Shown here: one piece after another, positions 9,079 through 20,938 of the stretch
Layout of the letters: the number at the start of each line of letters is the position of its first letter
Numbering within the stretch: position 1 is the first letter of the stretch
Assembly (NCBI GenBank): GCA_050050215.1
Contig: JASFUR010000001.1
Span: 1-33,958, forward strand
Direction: 5' to 3'
Length of the DNA: 33,958 nucleotides
DNA from: Gemmatimonadota bacterium
GTDB taxonomy: Bacteria > Gemmatimonadota > Gemmatimonadetes > Longimicrobiales > Gaopeijiaceae
The notes under the pieces: generated by a model
The model's input: only the letters and a program-made list of their open reading frames with translations
Database searches by the model: none
Told to the model about the DNA's origin: nothing
Made by a program: the position numbers and the translations under genes

Positions 9079-9657
9079 ATGCTGCTCGTCATCGACAACT
9101 ACGACTCCTTCACGTTCAACCTCGTCCAGTTCCTCGGGGACCTGGGTGCGGACCCGGTCGTGGTGCGCAACGACGAGAAGAGCGTCGACGAGCTGGTCGA
9201 TCTCGGCCCGGAGCGTGTGGTCGTCTCGCCGGGGCCGTGCACGCCCCGAGAAGCCGGCGTGAGCATCGAGGTCTTCCAGAAGCTGGGAGGGCAGGGCACA
9301 CCCATGCTCGGCGTCTGCCTGGGCCACCAGAGCCTGGGCGAGGCGTTCGGCGGCCGCACGGTTCGTGCACGCCGGATCATGCACGGCAAGACCGGGCCGG
9401 TGCGGCACGGTGGTGAAGGGATCTTCGAGGGCGTGCCTTCGCCCTTCGAGGTCGCGCGCTACCACTCGCTCGTGACCGACGCGGCCGTGCTGCCCGCCGA
9501 GCTCGAGCCGATGGCGTGGAGCACCGATCCCGCGGACGAAGGGGAGGTGCAGGCCATGCGGCACCGCGAGCTGCCGCTGTGGGGCGTGCAGTTCCACCCC
9601 GAGTCGCTCTTCAGCGAGCACGGAAAGACGATCCTCGCGAACTTCCTGACCCTCTGA
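9079..9657 (+). CDS. Anthranilate / aminodeoxychorismate synthase component II (class-I glutamine amidotransferase, TrpG/PabA)
   Basis: 192 aa with a classic N-terminus MLLVIDNYDSFTFNLVQ. It has the catalytic GVCLGHQ and the C-terminal GVQFHPES motifs. No trpE/pabB partner lies in the window, so TrpG versus PabA is left open. Confidence 0.9.
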   Translation: MLLVIDNYDSFTFNLVQFLGDLGADPVVVRNDEKSVDELVDLGPERVVVSPGPCTPREAGVSIEVFQKLGGQGTPMLGVCLGHQSLGEAFGGRTVRARRIMHGKTGPVRHGGEGIFEGVPSPFEVARYHSLVTDAAVLPAELEPMAWSTDPADEGEVQAMRHRELPLWGVQFHPESLFSEHGKTILANFLTL

Positions 9658-9682
9658 TCCACTCCGCCGAACGAGTTACGGC

Positions 9683-10219
9683 TTGCCGGAAACCGAGACC
9701 CTCCTGACCGTCGCCGAGGTCGCGGTAGCCTTCGCGGGCTTCGCTTCCCTCGTCAGCATCCTCGGGCGCGGAACGGCCGACGCGCATCCGAAGATCCTCA
9801 GCCTGCGCATGCGCGCGATGCTCATCAGCAGCCTGCTGGTGGTCGGGTACGCGCTCGTGCCCGTCATCGTGCACGGCTACGGCGCCCGTCCGCACATGGC
9901 CTGGGTGGTGTCGAGCGTGATGATGCTGGTCACGACGCTGTACTACTACGGGTGGCTGCAGCACGCGATCGTCACGCTCGGGCGCTTCGGGCTCACGCCG
10001 AGCCGGTTCCAGCGCAGGGTGATCATCCCGACGCTGCTCCTGACGCTGCTCGTGGTGAGCGTTCTGTTGCTCACGAACGTCATGCTCGCGATGCCGGCCA
10101 TCTACCTGACGGCGCTGGCGCTGCTCCTCTTCCAGTCGGGCTTCGCCTTCTGCCTGATCGTGTTCTCGTTTCTTCCGAGCATCACCCAGGACGACCTTCA
10201 CGACGACGTCGACGACTAG
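9683..10219 (+). CDS. Hypothetical polytopic membrane protein (about 5 predicted helices)
   Basis: TTG start at 9683, which is uncertain. 178 aa, almost entirely hydrophobic segments with an acidic tail (DDLHDDVDD). No family recognised. Its third-position GC bias resembles that of neighbouring genes. Confidence 0.5.
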   Translation: MPETETLLTVAEVAVAFAGFASLVSILGRGTADAHPKILSLRMRAMLISSLLVVGYALVPVIVHGYGARPHMAWVVSSVMMLVTTLYYYGWLQHAIVTLGRFGLTPSRFQRRVIIPTLLLTLLVVSVLLLTNVMLAMPAIYLTALALLLFQSGFAFCLIVFSFLPSITQDDLHDDVDD

Positions 10220-10323
10220 CGCGATCGCGACCCGTCACCTCGCACCTGGGATGTTGCGGTCGAGAAGCCCCGGGAAGGGCTGGCCGCAGGTTGACCCTCA
10301 CCCCCGGTTTCAGGTAGCTTCCC

Positions 10324-10340
10324 GGGCGTGAAATTTGCAT
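10324..10340 (+). promoter_or_regulatory. Candidate sigma-54 type -24/-12 promoter element upstream of kdsB
   Basis: gGGCgtGaaatTTGCAt compared with the consensus TGGCACG-N4-TTGCW. The GG (10325-10326) and GC (10337-10338) have the canonical 12-nt register, and 9 of 12 specified positions match. It lies 35 nt upstream of the kdsB TTG start. This is a sequence match only. Confidence 0.25.
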
Positions 10341-10374
10341 CGGCGCGCCGCCTCTTCCGGCTCGGAAGCCTCCT

Positions 10375-12818
<2,444 letters not shown>

Positions 12819-12840
12819 AGCCCCGGAGGGCTCCGGTGAC

Positions 12841-13674
12841 ATGCTCGATCGCTTTCTGCTCATCGCCGGGCCCTGTGTGCTCGAGGACGATGACCTGAAC
12901 CTCGAGGTAGCCCGCAGCCTCTCGACCCTGTCGAGTGAGCTGGGGCTGCCCGTGATCTTCAAGGCGTCGTTCGACAAGGCCAATCGGTCCCGCTTCGATT
13001 CGCCCCGGGGTCCCGGTATGGTCGAAGGGCTGAAGCGACTCGATACCGTCAGGTCGGAAACAGGCCTTCCGATTCTCACCGACATCCACGAGCCGGCGCA
13101 GGCCGCTCCCGCAGCCGAAGTAGCCGACGTGCTCCAGATCCCGGCCTTCCTCTGCCGCCAGACCGACCTGCTCGTCGCCGCCGGCCGCACGGGGAAGCCC
13201 GTGAACGTGAAGAAGGGGCAGTGGATGGCACCCGAGGAGATGGCGGGTGCCGTGGAGAAGGCGCGTCGGGCCGGGGCGGCCGAGGTCGTGGTAACCGAGC
13301 GCGGCAGCGCCCATGGCTACGGCGATCTGGTCGTCGACATGCGCTCCTTCGAGCGCCTACGGGCGGCGACGGGAGCGCGGGCGATCTTCGACGGCACGCA
13401 TTCGGTTCAGCGGTCCGGTCGCGAGGACGGCTCGAGCGGAGGCGACCCCGAGCACATTCCGGCTCTGGTACGGGCCGCCACCGCGGCGGGCTGCGACGGC
13501 CTCTACCTGGAGACCCATCCGCGGCCGGCGACGGCTCCCTCGGACGGCACGAACATGCTACCGCTCGAGACGCTGCCGGGACTGCTGCGCGAGGCGCTGG
13601 CACTCCGCGCTGCGCTCGATCGAAATGACACGACCGCTACGAACGACGACACACAACGGGAGGCGTCCGCGTGA
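12841..13674 (+). CDS. kdsA: 3-deoxy-8-phosphooctulonate (Kdo-8-P) synthase
   Basis: 277 aa with LIAGPCVLE...FKASFDKANRS...DIHE...VLQIPAFLCRQTDLL...NVKKGQ...ERG, the canonical KdsA motif series. Confidence 0.9.
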   Translation: MLDRFLLIAGPCVLEDDDLNLEVARSLSTLSSELGLPVIFKASFDKANRSRFDSPRGPGMVEGLKRLDTVRSETGLPILTDIHEPAQAAPAAEVADVLQIPAFLCRQTDLLVAAGRTGKPVNVKKGQWMAPEEMAGAVEKARRAGAAEVVVTERGSAHGYGDLVVDMRSFERLRAATGARAIFDGTHSVQRSGREDGSSGGDPEHIPALVRAATAAGCDGLYLETHPRPATAPSDGTNMLPLETLPGLLREALALRAALDRNDTTATNDDTQREASA

Positions 13675-14237
13675 GCGGATCAGAAAACCCACTGGACTCG
13701 CAGCTGGCCGCCAAGGTCGAGCTCGTGATCTTCGACGTCGACGGCGTCCTGACGGACGGAGGCGTATACATCGGCTCCCGTGGGGACGGCCATCCGATCG
13801 AGCTGAAGCGGTGGGACATCCAGGACGGCGTCGGCATCAAGATGCTGAAGTGGGGAGGTCTCGACGTGGTCCTGGTATCGGGCCGGGTCTCCACCGCTAC
13901 GGAGCTGCGTGCACGGGAGATCGGCGTGGAGTGCCACCAGGAGCCCGACGCGTACAAGATCCGGGTCGTCGAGCGACTTCTCGACGAAAAGGGGGTCGAT
14001 TGGGATGCCGTGGCCATGCTCGGTGACGACATCCCGGACCTCGCCGTGCTGAGGCGCGTCGCACTGCCCGCGGCGGTCTCCAACGCGACGTCCACGGTCC
14101 GGGACATCGCCAAGTGGACCTCGACCCTCAGGGGAGGACACGGGGCCGTCCGGGAGTTCTGTGAGGCCCTGCTGGAGGCCCGTGGAAACCTGGACGCGGT
14201 GGTGGAGCAGTACGTCGCGGAGCGGAGCCGGAGCTGA
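13671..14237 (+). CDS. kdsC: Kdo-8-phosphate phosphatase (HAD superfamily, KdsC)
   Basis: The GTG at 13671 overlaps the kdsA TGA (GTGA) and has GGGAGG 8 nt upstream. It has the HAD motif I FDVDGVLTDG, then DGVGIK...GDDIPD and GGHGAVRE, typical of KdsC. Confidence 0.85.
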   Translation: MSGSENPLDSQLAAKVELVIFDVDGVLTDGGVYIGSRGDGHPIELKRWDIQDGVGIKMLKWGGLDVVLVSGRVSTATELRAREIGVECHQEPDAYKIRVVERLLDEKGVDWDAVAMLGDDIPDLAVLRRVALPAAVSNATSTVRDIAKWTSTLRGGHGAVREFCEALLEARGNLDAVVEQYVAERSRS

Positions 14238-14332
14238 CGACCCTGGCGAACGATCGAATGCGAATGCTTTGTGTACCAGTGAAGACGACACGACCCAGCG
14301 CCACATCGAGAGACTCGGAGCCTCACAGAGCC

Positions 14333-14908
14333 ATGCACCCTCGGCGAAGACTGAGACCCAGCGGACGGGCCGCACATCTGTTGCTCGGCACGGCCGTCGT
14401 CCTCGGAGCCGCGGCCTGCAGCGAGCAGGCCGTGGAGCCCGGCAGCGCCACGCAGCAGATGGAGAACCTGGAGTCGCCCATCGTCTTCGGCATGACCGCG
14501 TTCATGACGACGAACGGCGTGCGGGCCGGTCGCATCCAGGCCGACACCGCCTACACCTACGCGGATTCCGTGAAGGTCGACCTGCGCGGCATGACGGCGA
14601 CGTTCTTCGACGAGAACGGCAACGACCGGGCGACCGTCACGGGGCTCACGGGTGAGTGGGATCAGCAGACGGACCGCATGGTCGCTCGGGGCGACGTGGT
14701 CCTGACGATCCACAACGATGGCAGCAAGATCGAGAGCGCGGAGATCAACTACGATCCCAGCATCGATCGGGTGTGGAGCGACTCGGCTACCGTGAGGACC
14801 ATGGCGGACGGGTCGGTCACGCGGGGATCGGCGTTCGAGTCCGATATCGACTTCACGAACGTCACGGTGCGCAACGTGCGTGGTGAGGCCGGTACGATCT
14901 TCAACTGA
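14333..14908 (+). CDS. lptC: LPS export system protein LptC-like (membrane-anchored OstA-fold protein)
   Basis: The preferred ATG at 14333 gives MHPRRRLRPSGRAAHLLLGTAVVLGAAAC, a basic N-terminus followed by an anchor. The track start at 14258 is possible. The beta-rich body and its position between kdsC and the lptA-like gene match lptC synteny. Confidence 0.7.
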   Translation: MHPRRRLRPSGRAAHLLLGTAVVLGAAACSEQAVEPGSATQQMENLESPIVFGMTAFMTTNGVRAGRIQADTAYTYADSVKVDLRGMTATFFDENGNDRATVTGLTGEWDQQTDRMVARGDVVLTIHNDGSKIESAEINYDPSIDRVWSDSATVRTMADGSVTRGSAFESDIDFTNVTVRNVRGEAGTIFN

Positions 14909-14924
14909 CGTAGCCGTCCGTCCC

Positions 14925-16694
14925 GTGCCCGTCGCCAATCTTCGCTCCGTCGCGGTGGTCGCGACGTCGCTGGCAGCCCTGTCGACCTCGACCGGACACC
15001 TGGCCGCGCAACAAAGCTGCCGCTATGCGGACACCGGAAACGACCTGTACGTGACCCGGGGCCCGTTCACGTACATCACGAATCCACACCTGCTGTGCAA
15101 CGCCGACCAAGTGGAGATCGCGGCCGATTCGGCCGTCGCGAACACGGAGCAGGGGATGTTCCTCCTGATCCGGGCGGTGCATTACCGGGACGGAGCTCGT
15201 GAGCTCGAATCCGAGGAGGCGCGGTACTTCTACCGCGTGGGCCGCATCCAGGCCCAGGGCGGCGTCCGCGTCACCAACCACGAGGACGGCTCGACGGTGG
15301 AGAACGGCGATCTCGTGCTCCTGCGTCAGACGGAGACCCGCGACGTCGAGGAGATGACGTTCACGATCGGGGACGACGGCATCCGCCCGCGGGCGACTGT
15401 CTATCCAAAGCGCCCGCCACCGCCGCCGGACACGGTATCGACAGCGCCCGATGCGGCGATGGAGACCGCGGACGCCGACAGCACGGGCCTCGCGCTGGAC
15501 AGCCTCGCGCTGGACAGCCTCGCCACCGGCGGGGTCGCAGCCGCGGACAGCGCCCTCGCGACTCCCGACAGCGCGGCGATCGCCTCCCCCGAGCCGACTC
15601 CGGAGCCCCCGGAGCCCGAGCGCATCGTTCCCGAAGAACCCGCCGAGCCCCAGGAGTACATCATGGTCGGCGACCGGCTCTTCTTCCGCGGGGACTCCTA
15701 CTTCAATGCCGTCGGTACCGTCGAGATCACCCGCGACTCGCTCTTCGCCTTCGCCGACTCTGCGGAGTACGACGGCGACCTCGGCGAGTTACGGCTCGAG
15801 GGCTCCGCCCGGGTCGAGAGCAACTCGTACGACCTCGTCGGCCGGCGGATCACGATGGTGTCCGCGTCCGACGGTAGCGACGAGATTCGGGCGCTCAGGG
15901 ACGCGGTGCTGACCGGTGAGGACCTCGAGGTGACGGCACCGCAGGTGGTGCTGCACATGGCGGACGGCGACCTGCAGCGTATGGTCGCAGTCCCGCTGCC
16001 CGAGCCGGACTCCGTCGCCCCGGACCCTCGACGCCCGAGGGCTCCCAGCGCCCCCGCGACGCCGGACAGCACGTCGGAGGACTCTACGGCGGCACCGGGC
16101 CAGCCCCGTGCCGTCGCCCAGGACTTCGAGCTGACCGCGGACTCGCTCGACCTCTCGGCCCCGGGCGGCGAGCTCGATCGGATCTTCGCGGCAGGCCGGG
16201 CGCACAGCATCTCCAATACCCGGTCCGAATTGAACGTAGAGGCGCTACCCGAGCTCGCGCGCACCGACTGGATGGACGCCGATACGATCGAGGTCTTCCT
16301 GGCCACGGACACGACCGCAGCGCCGGGAGCAGTGGCCGACTCGGCTTCGGCCCCGGGCGGCTACACGGTGGATCGGATCGTCGCACGGGTCCGTGCGCAC
16401 GCGCTTTACCGGCTCGTTCCGTCGGACTCGACGGCCGTGGCCGGAGTGGATCCGCCGGCGGTCAGCTATCTCCTCGCCAACGAGATCACGATCTTCATGG
16501 ACGACGGTCAGGCTGACCGGGTGGAGTCGGTGGGCCAGGTGAGCGGTTGGCATCTCGAGCCTTTGAAGCGCTCTGCCGAGCCGACGGATGACGACGCCGA
16601 CGCCGCGTCGGACGACCCCGCCGACCCCATATCCGACGTGCCGTCTCCCGATCCGTCCAGTGCCCCGGTGAACCCCGGGGGCGACGGGGCGTAG
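14925..16694 (+). CDS. Unusually long LptA/OstA-like periplasmic protein with several beta-jellyroll-like segments separated by Pro/Ala/Asp/Ser-rich linkers
   Basis: One uninterrupted frame runs from 14880 to 16694. I prefer the GTG at 14925, which lies after the lptC stop and gives the signal-like [30 protein letters not shown]. Segments such as [35 protein letters not shown] resemble the LptA/OstA_N repeat pattern. The gene occupies the lptA slot between lptC and lptB. Confidence 0.6.
   Translation: MPVANLRSVAVVATSLAALSTSTGHLAAQQSCRYADTGNDLYVTRGPFTYITNPHLLCNADQVEIAADSAVANTEQGMFLLIRAVHYRDGARELESEEARYFYRVGRIQAQGGVRVTNHEDGSTVENGDLVLLRQTETRDVEEMTFTIGDDGIRPRATVYPKRPPPPPDTVSTAPDAAMETADADSTGLALDSLALDSLATGGVAAADSALATPDSAAIASPEPTPEPPEPERIVPEEPAEPQEYIMVGDRLFFRGDSYFNAVGTVEITRDSLFAFADSAEYDGDLGELRLEGSARVESNSYDLVGRRITMVSASDGSDEIRALRDAVLTGEDLEVTAPQVVLHMADGDLQRMVAVPLPEPDSVAPDPRRPRAPSAPATPDSTSEDSTAAPGQPRAVAQDFELTADSLDLSAPGGELDRIFAAGRAHSISNTRSELNVEALPELARTDWMDADTIEVFLATDTTAAPGAVADSASAPGGYTVDRIVARVRAHALYRLVPSDSTAVAGVDPPAVSYLLANEITIFMDDGQADRVESVGQVSGWHLEPLKRSAEPTDDDADAASDDPADPISDVPSPDPSSAPVNPGGDGA
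15488..15524 (+). repeat. In-frame 15-nt tandem repeat (about 2.5 copies) inside the lptA-like gene
   Basis: cctcgcgctggacag occurs at 15488-15502 and 15503-15517, followed by a partial copy cctcgcc. It encodes (LALDS)n within low-complexity linker 1. Confidence 0.9.
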
Positions 16695-16732
16695 CAAGAA
16701 CCATACCTTACATAGAGACGGAAACGCACCGC

Positions 16733-17593
16733 GTGGAGGCTTCATTGACGACGACGAACGGCAGCCGCCTGTGGGCCGAGGGGCTCACGAAGATCTATCG
16801 AGGGCGGAAAGTCGTGAACGACGTCGACATCAGCGTCGAGCAGGGCGAGATCGTCGGCCTGCTCGGTCCGAACGGCGCCGGGAAGACGACGACGTTCTAC
16901 ATGATGGTCGGGCTCATCCCTCCGGCCTCCGGCACGGTGCACCTGGACGACGACGATCTCACGCGGACGCCGATGTTCAAGCGCGCCCGACGGGGAATCG
17001 GCTACCTGGCTCAGGAGCCGTCGGTGTTCCGGAAGCTGACGGTCGAGGAGAACGTTCTCGCGATCCTCGAGACCATGGGGCTCTCCAAGGCCGACCAGAA
17101 GGCTCGGCTGAACGAGCTCCTCGACGAGCTCGGGCTGCTCGGCCTACGTGAGCACAAGGCGTATTCGCTGTCCGGCGGTGAGCGACGCAGGTTGGAGATC
17201 ACGCGGGCGCTCGTGCAGGAGCCGAAGTTCATGCTTCTCGACGAGCCCTTCGCGGGCATCGATCCCATCGCGGTGAACGACATCCAGGAGATCGTGCAGG
17301 GCCTCCGAGGGAAGGGGATCGGCGTCATCATCACCGACCACAACGTCGAGCAGACGCTCGAGATCGTGGACAGGGCCTACATCATGTACGACGGAAAGAT
17401 CGGCGTGAGCGGCACGGTGTCCGAGCTCGTCTGGAACGACGAGGTCGCCCAGGTCTATCTCGGCCCGATCCTGACGGCGCGCATGCGCCAGCGGTTCCCG
17501 GAGCCCGAGGTGGCCGCGGTCGCGCAGGTCACCGAGCCCATCGGGGCGCAGGACGCCGCCACGGGCTCCCCGGACGAAGTCTCCGCGGAATGA
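16733..17593 (+). CDS. lptB: LPS export ABC transporter ATP-binding protein
   Basis: GTG start at 16733. It has Walker [12 protein letters not shown], the signature [11 protein letters not shown], Walker [14 protein letters not shown] and an H-loop ITDHN. About 35 extra C-terminal residues follow the usual LptB end. Confidence 0.9.
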   Translation: MEASLTTTNGSRLWAEGLTKIYRGRKVVNDVDISVEQGEIVGLLGPNGAGKTTTFYMMVGLIPPASGTVHLDDDDLTRTPMFKRARRGIGYLAQEPSVFRKLTVEENVLAILETMGLSKADQKARLNELLDELGLLGLREHKAYSLSGGERRRLEITRALVQEPKFMLLDEPFAGIDPIAVNDIQEIVQGLRGKGIGVIITDHNVEQTLEIVDRAYIMYDGKIGVSGTVSELVWNDEVAQVYLGPILTARMRQRFPEPEVAAVAQVTEPIGAQDAATGSPDEVSAE

Positions 17594-17632
17594 CGGCGAC
17601 GGACCCTACTGTGAATCGTTCGACGAGATGAT

Positions 17633-19141
17633 ATGAGCGGCTTCAACACGAAGCTCTACCAGAGCCAACAGCTCCGGCAGGACATGCGGATCAACCCTCG
17701 CCTGTACCAGGCGATGGAGTTGCTCTACATGCCGCTCCTGGATCTCGAGCAGCATCTCAAGGAGGAGATGGCCGAGAATCCGTTCCTCGAGATGACCGAG
17801 GCCGAGGAGCAGCAGGAGGTCGAGCTCAAGGAGGACACCCAGGACGAGCCCATGGGCGACGACGACGTCGACTGGGAGGAGATCCTCCTCGACGGCTTCG
17901 AGGTCGGCGGCCGCCGCCAGCAGTACGAGCAGAAGGAGTTCTACGAGCCCACGCCCGTCGAGGCCGAGGACCTGCACGACCATCTGCTCGAGCAGCTCCG
18001 GCTCCTCTCGGTCTCGGAGCGCGAGCTGCGCCTCGGCGAGGAGATCATCGGCAACGTCGACGACTCGGGCATGTTGGCGTGCAGTGTCGAAGAGGTCGTC
18101 GACGGGGTCAACGAGTGGCTCGAAGAGGTGCGTCCGACCGCCGTCGAGACCGCCGAGGGCATCGAGGACGAGGAGGAGCGCGCCAGGGAGCTGGCGGAGA
18201 TCGACGAGCTCTTCCGTCCGTACGAGACGGTGGAGGGCGAGCGGATGCTCACGGTGGTGCAGGCCTTCGACCCCCCCGGAATCGCGGCCCGTGACGTCAG
18301 GGAGTCCATCCTGATCCAGCTTCGCCAGCGGGACGAGGAGGGCACGCCCCAGTACGAGATCGTCGACGAGCATTTCGACGCGCTCATCAACCACCGCTGG
18401 AACGACATCGCGCGGGACCTCGGGATCACGCCCAAGGAGGTCCAGGACGCCTGCGACGAGATCAGCCATCTCGATCCGAAACCGGGGCTGAAACACTCGG
18501 TTGCGCCGGAGCAATACGTGATCCCGGATCTCATCGTCGAGAAGATCGACGGCGAGTACATGGTCTTCGCCAACGACACCAGCCTGCCGCGGCTGCGCAT
18601 CTCCCAGTCCTACAGGGACGTGGCTCGCAACAAGAACAAGTTCAAAGGCGAGAACAAGGAGTTCATCGCGAGCAAGCTGAACTCGGCCAACTGGATGATC
18701 CAGGCGATCGAGCAGCGCCGTCAGACCATGCTCAAGGTCATGAACTTCATCGTGGACCGGCAGCGCGACTTTTTCGAGCGCGGCGTGCAATACCTCAAGC
18801 CGCTGACGCTCCGCGAGGTGGCCGACTACATCGAGATGCACGAGTCGACCGTCTCACGCGTGACCAACAAGAAGTTCGTGCAGACTCCCCGAGGCGTGTA
18901 CTCGCTCAAGTACTTCTTCTCGAGCGGGCTCTCCACTGTGGGTGGTGAGGACCTCTCGGCCAGGGCCGTGAAGGACAAGATCAAGCACATGGTCGCCGAC
19001 GAGGACGAGAAGAAGCCGCTCACGGACCAGGCGATCGTGAAGCTCCTCAAGGCCGACGGCGTCAAGATCGCGCGCCGCACGGTAGCCAAGTATCGCGACC
19101 AGATGGGTATTCTCCCCGCTCGCATGCGGAAGCGGGTGTGA
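17633..19141 (+). CDS. rpoN: RNA polymerase sigma-54 factor
   Basis: 502 aa. The N-terminal region I is Gln/Leu-rich (LYQSQQLRQDMRINPRLYQAMELL), followed by an acidic region II. The HTH is ESTVSRVTNKKF. The RpoN box ARRTVAKYR lies near the C-terminus. Confidence 0.95.
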   Translation: MSGFNTKLYQSQQLRQDMRINPRLYQAMELLYMPLLDLEQHLKEEMAENPFLEMTEAEEQQEVELKEDTQDEPMGDDDVDWEEILLDGFEVGGRRQQYEQKEFYEPTPVEAEDLHDHLLEQLRLLSVSERELRLGEEIIGNVDDSGMLACSVEEVVDGVNEWLEEVRPTAVETAEGIEDEEERARELAEIDELFRPYETVEGERMLTVVQAFDPPGIAARDVRESILIQLRQRDEEGTPQYEIVDEHFDALINHRWNDIARDLGITPKEVQDACDEISHLDPKPGLKHSVAPEQYVIPDLIVEKIDGEYMVFANDTSLPRLRISQSYRDVARNKNKFKGENKEFIASKLNSANWMIQAIEQRRQTMLKVMNFIVDRQRDFFERGVQYLKPLTLREVADYIEMHESTVSRVTNKKFVQTPRGVYSLKYFFSSGLSTVGGEDLSARAVKDKIKHMVADEDEKKPLTDQAIVKLLKADGVKIARRTVAKYRDQMGILPARMRKRV

Positions 19142-20097
19142 CACCCGACATCGTCGCACGCCGCGACTTCACGGTCCTCGTGCCCGCCTACGACGAGGCG
19201 CCGGTGATCCCCGATCTGGTGCGAGAGCTCCGGCAGACGTTCGAGCGACACTCGCTCGAGGGCGAAGTCGTCCTCATCGACGACGGCTCGACGGACGGCA
19301 CCGCCGAGGTCGCGGAGAGGGAAGCCGAGGGCTGGGACGCATTCAAGGTCGTCCGGCACAAACAGAACCTGGGCAAGACCGAGGCGATGGTGACGGGCGC
19401 AGCGGCGAGCACCGGGAGCTTCATCGTTCTCTTCGACGCCGATCTCCAGCACTCGACCGAGGAGATTCCGCGTTTCCTCGAGAAGCTGGACGAGGGCTGG
19501 GATATCGTGACCGGGAAGAAGATCGGCAGCTACGACAAGCAGGCGGTGTCGTCGGTCTACAATCGCCTCTCGCGGCGGATCTTCGACGTCCCGGTCCACG
19601 ACCTCAACTCCATGAAGGCTTTTCGCCGCAGCGCCCTGGAGGGCGTCACGCTGCGCCACGACTGGCACCGCTTCTTCGTCGTTCTCGCGCACGCGAGGGG
19701 CGCGAGCGTCACGGAGCTCGACATCGAGCTGCTTCCCCGGCGGGCTGGCGTGTCCAAGTATCAGGGGCCGTTCAGGATCGGGGTCGGGCTCATTGATCTG
19801 ATCTCCGTTTGGTTCCTCCTCCTCTTCTCGCGGAAGCCGCTCCTGCTCTTCGGCGGTACGGGGCTCGCTCTGGCCACGCTGGGTGTGCTCGTCGCCGCGG
19901 TCACGCTGTACCTGCGCTTCCTTCACCCGATGCTGGGGTTCGAGCCGTACGTGCCGCCCATGGGGTATCGGCCCCTCCTGTACCTCGTCATGTTGCTGGA
20001 GACGCTGGGCTTCCTCCTGGTGGGGTTCGGTCTCGTCTCGGAACAGGTGGCACAGGTGCGCGACGAGCTGGAGACGATCCGCAAGAGGAGCACGTAG
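19138..20097 (+). CDS. Family-2 glycosyltransferase with two C-terminal transmembrane helices (GtrB/ArnC/CsbB-like polyprenyl-phosphate sugar synthase architecture)
   Basis: The GTG at 19138 overlaps the rpoN TGA (GTGA). The GT2 core has VLVPAYDE...VVLIDDGSTDGT...FDADLQH. The C-terminal part has two long hydrophobic helices (GLIDLISVWFLLLF..., LLYLVMLLETLGFLLVGFGLV). Confidence 0.75.
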   Translation: MTPDIVARRDFTVLVPAYDEAPVIPDLVRELRQTFERHSLEGEVVLIDDGSTDGTAEVAEREAEGWDAFKVVRHKQNLGKTEAMVTGAAASTGSFIVLFDADLQHSTEEIPRFLEKLDEGWDIVTGKKIGSYDKQAVSSVYNRLSRRIFDVPVHDLNSMKAFRRSALEGVTLRHDWHRFFVVLAHARGASVTELDIELLPRRAGVSKYQGPFRIGVGLIDLISVWFLLLFSRKPLLLFGGTGLALATLGVLVAAVTLYLRFLHPMLGFEPYVPPMGYRPLLYLVMLLETLGFLLVGFGLVSEQVAQVRDELETIRKRST

Positions 20098-20170
20098 GCG
20101 ATTGGCGTCTCACGCGACACTGGGCCATCTGGACGGCTCCCGTAGGCGACCCTAGGGCCGAGGGCGACAC

Positions 20171-20896
20171 ATGACCCCAGACCGCATCCTGGTCATCGTG
20201 CCGACGTACAACGAGCGCGACAACCTGCCGCGGAAGATCCCTCGCATCCTGGAGCAGGACGAGCGCATCGACGTGCTCGTCGTCGACGACGCCTCACCCG
20301 ACGGGACCGGCGAGCTCGCGCGTGAATTTGCGCTGGAGAATCCGCGGCTCCACGTGCTGGAGCGAGAGGCGAAGGACGGGCTGGGCAAAGCGTACCTGGC
20401 TGGGTTCGATTGGGGCCTCGCCCGCGACTACGACCTCTTCTTCGAGATGGACGCCGACATCTCCCATCCTCCGGACGCGCTCCCGCGTATGATCGAGGCC
20501 GCGGCGCAGTATCCGGTCGTCGTGGGGTCCCGCTACGTGGCCGGTCGCGTCACGGTGTCCAACTGGCCGATGAGCCGCCTGCTGATCAGCCTTCTCGGCT
20601 GCTTCTACGCGCGGATCATCACCGGCATACCCGTGCGCGACGCGACCGGCGGATTCAACTGCTGGCGTCGCGAGGTGTTGGAGGCCGTCGGTCTCGAGCG
20701 GATTCGATCCAACGGCTACGCCTTCCAGATCGAGCTCAAGTTCAGGGCATACCGCAAAGGCTTCTCGATGGTGGAGATCCCGATCCTCTTCACGGAGCGC
20801 GACAGCGGCGAGTCGAAGATGTCCAGGAAGATCGTCGGCGAGGCCATTTGGCGGGTCTGGTCGCTGAAGCTCAGGGACCTATTCGGCAAGCTCTGA
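20171..20896 (+). CDS. Polyprenol/dolichol monophosphomannose synthase-like GT2 (Ppm1/DPM1-like, soluble catalytic domain)
   Basis: 241 aa with ILVIVPTYNERDNL...VLVVDDASPDGTGELA...GKAYLAGF...EMDADISHPP...GGFNCWRREVLE...GYAFQIE, as in polyprenol-phosphate mannosyltransferases. Confidence 0.8.
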   Translation: MTPDRILVIVPTYNERDNLPRKIPRILEQDERIDVLVVDDASPDGTGELAREFALENPRLHVLEREAKDGLGKAYLAGFDWGLARDYDLFFEMDADISHPPDALPRMIEAAAQYPVVVGSRYVAGRVTVSNWPMSRLLISLLGCFYARIITGIPVRDATGGFNCWRREVLEAVGLERIRSNGYAFQIELKFRAYRKGFSMVEIPILFTERDSGESKMSRKIVGEAIWRVWSLKLRDLFGKL

Positions 20897-20938
20897 CGAG
20901 GGGGCCCGGCCGGGCGGCTTCGGCGGCCAGAGGCTGCA

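Noticed and set aside
9079-9657. The TrpG-like gene as part of a tryptophan or folate operon with an attenuator.
   Set aside because: There is no trpE/pabB or other pathway gene adjacent. The 89-bp upstream region has no leader peptide with Trp codons and no terminator/antiterminator pair that I could see.
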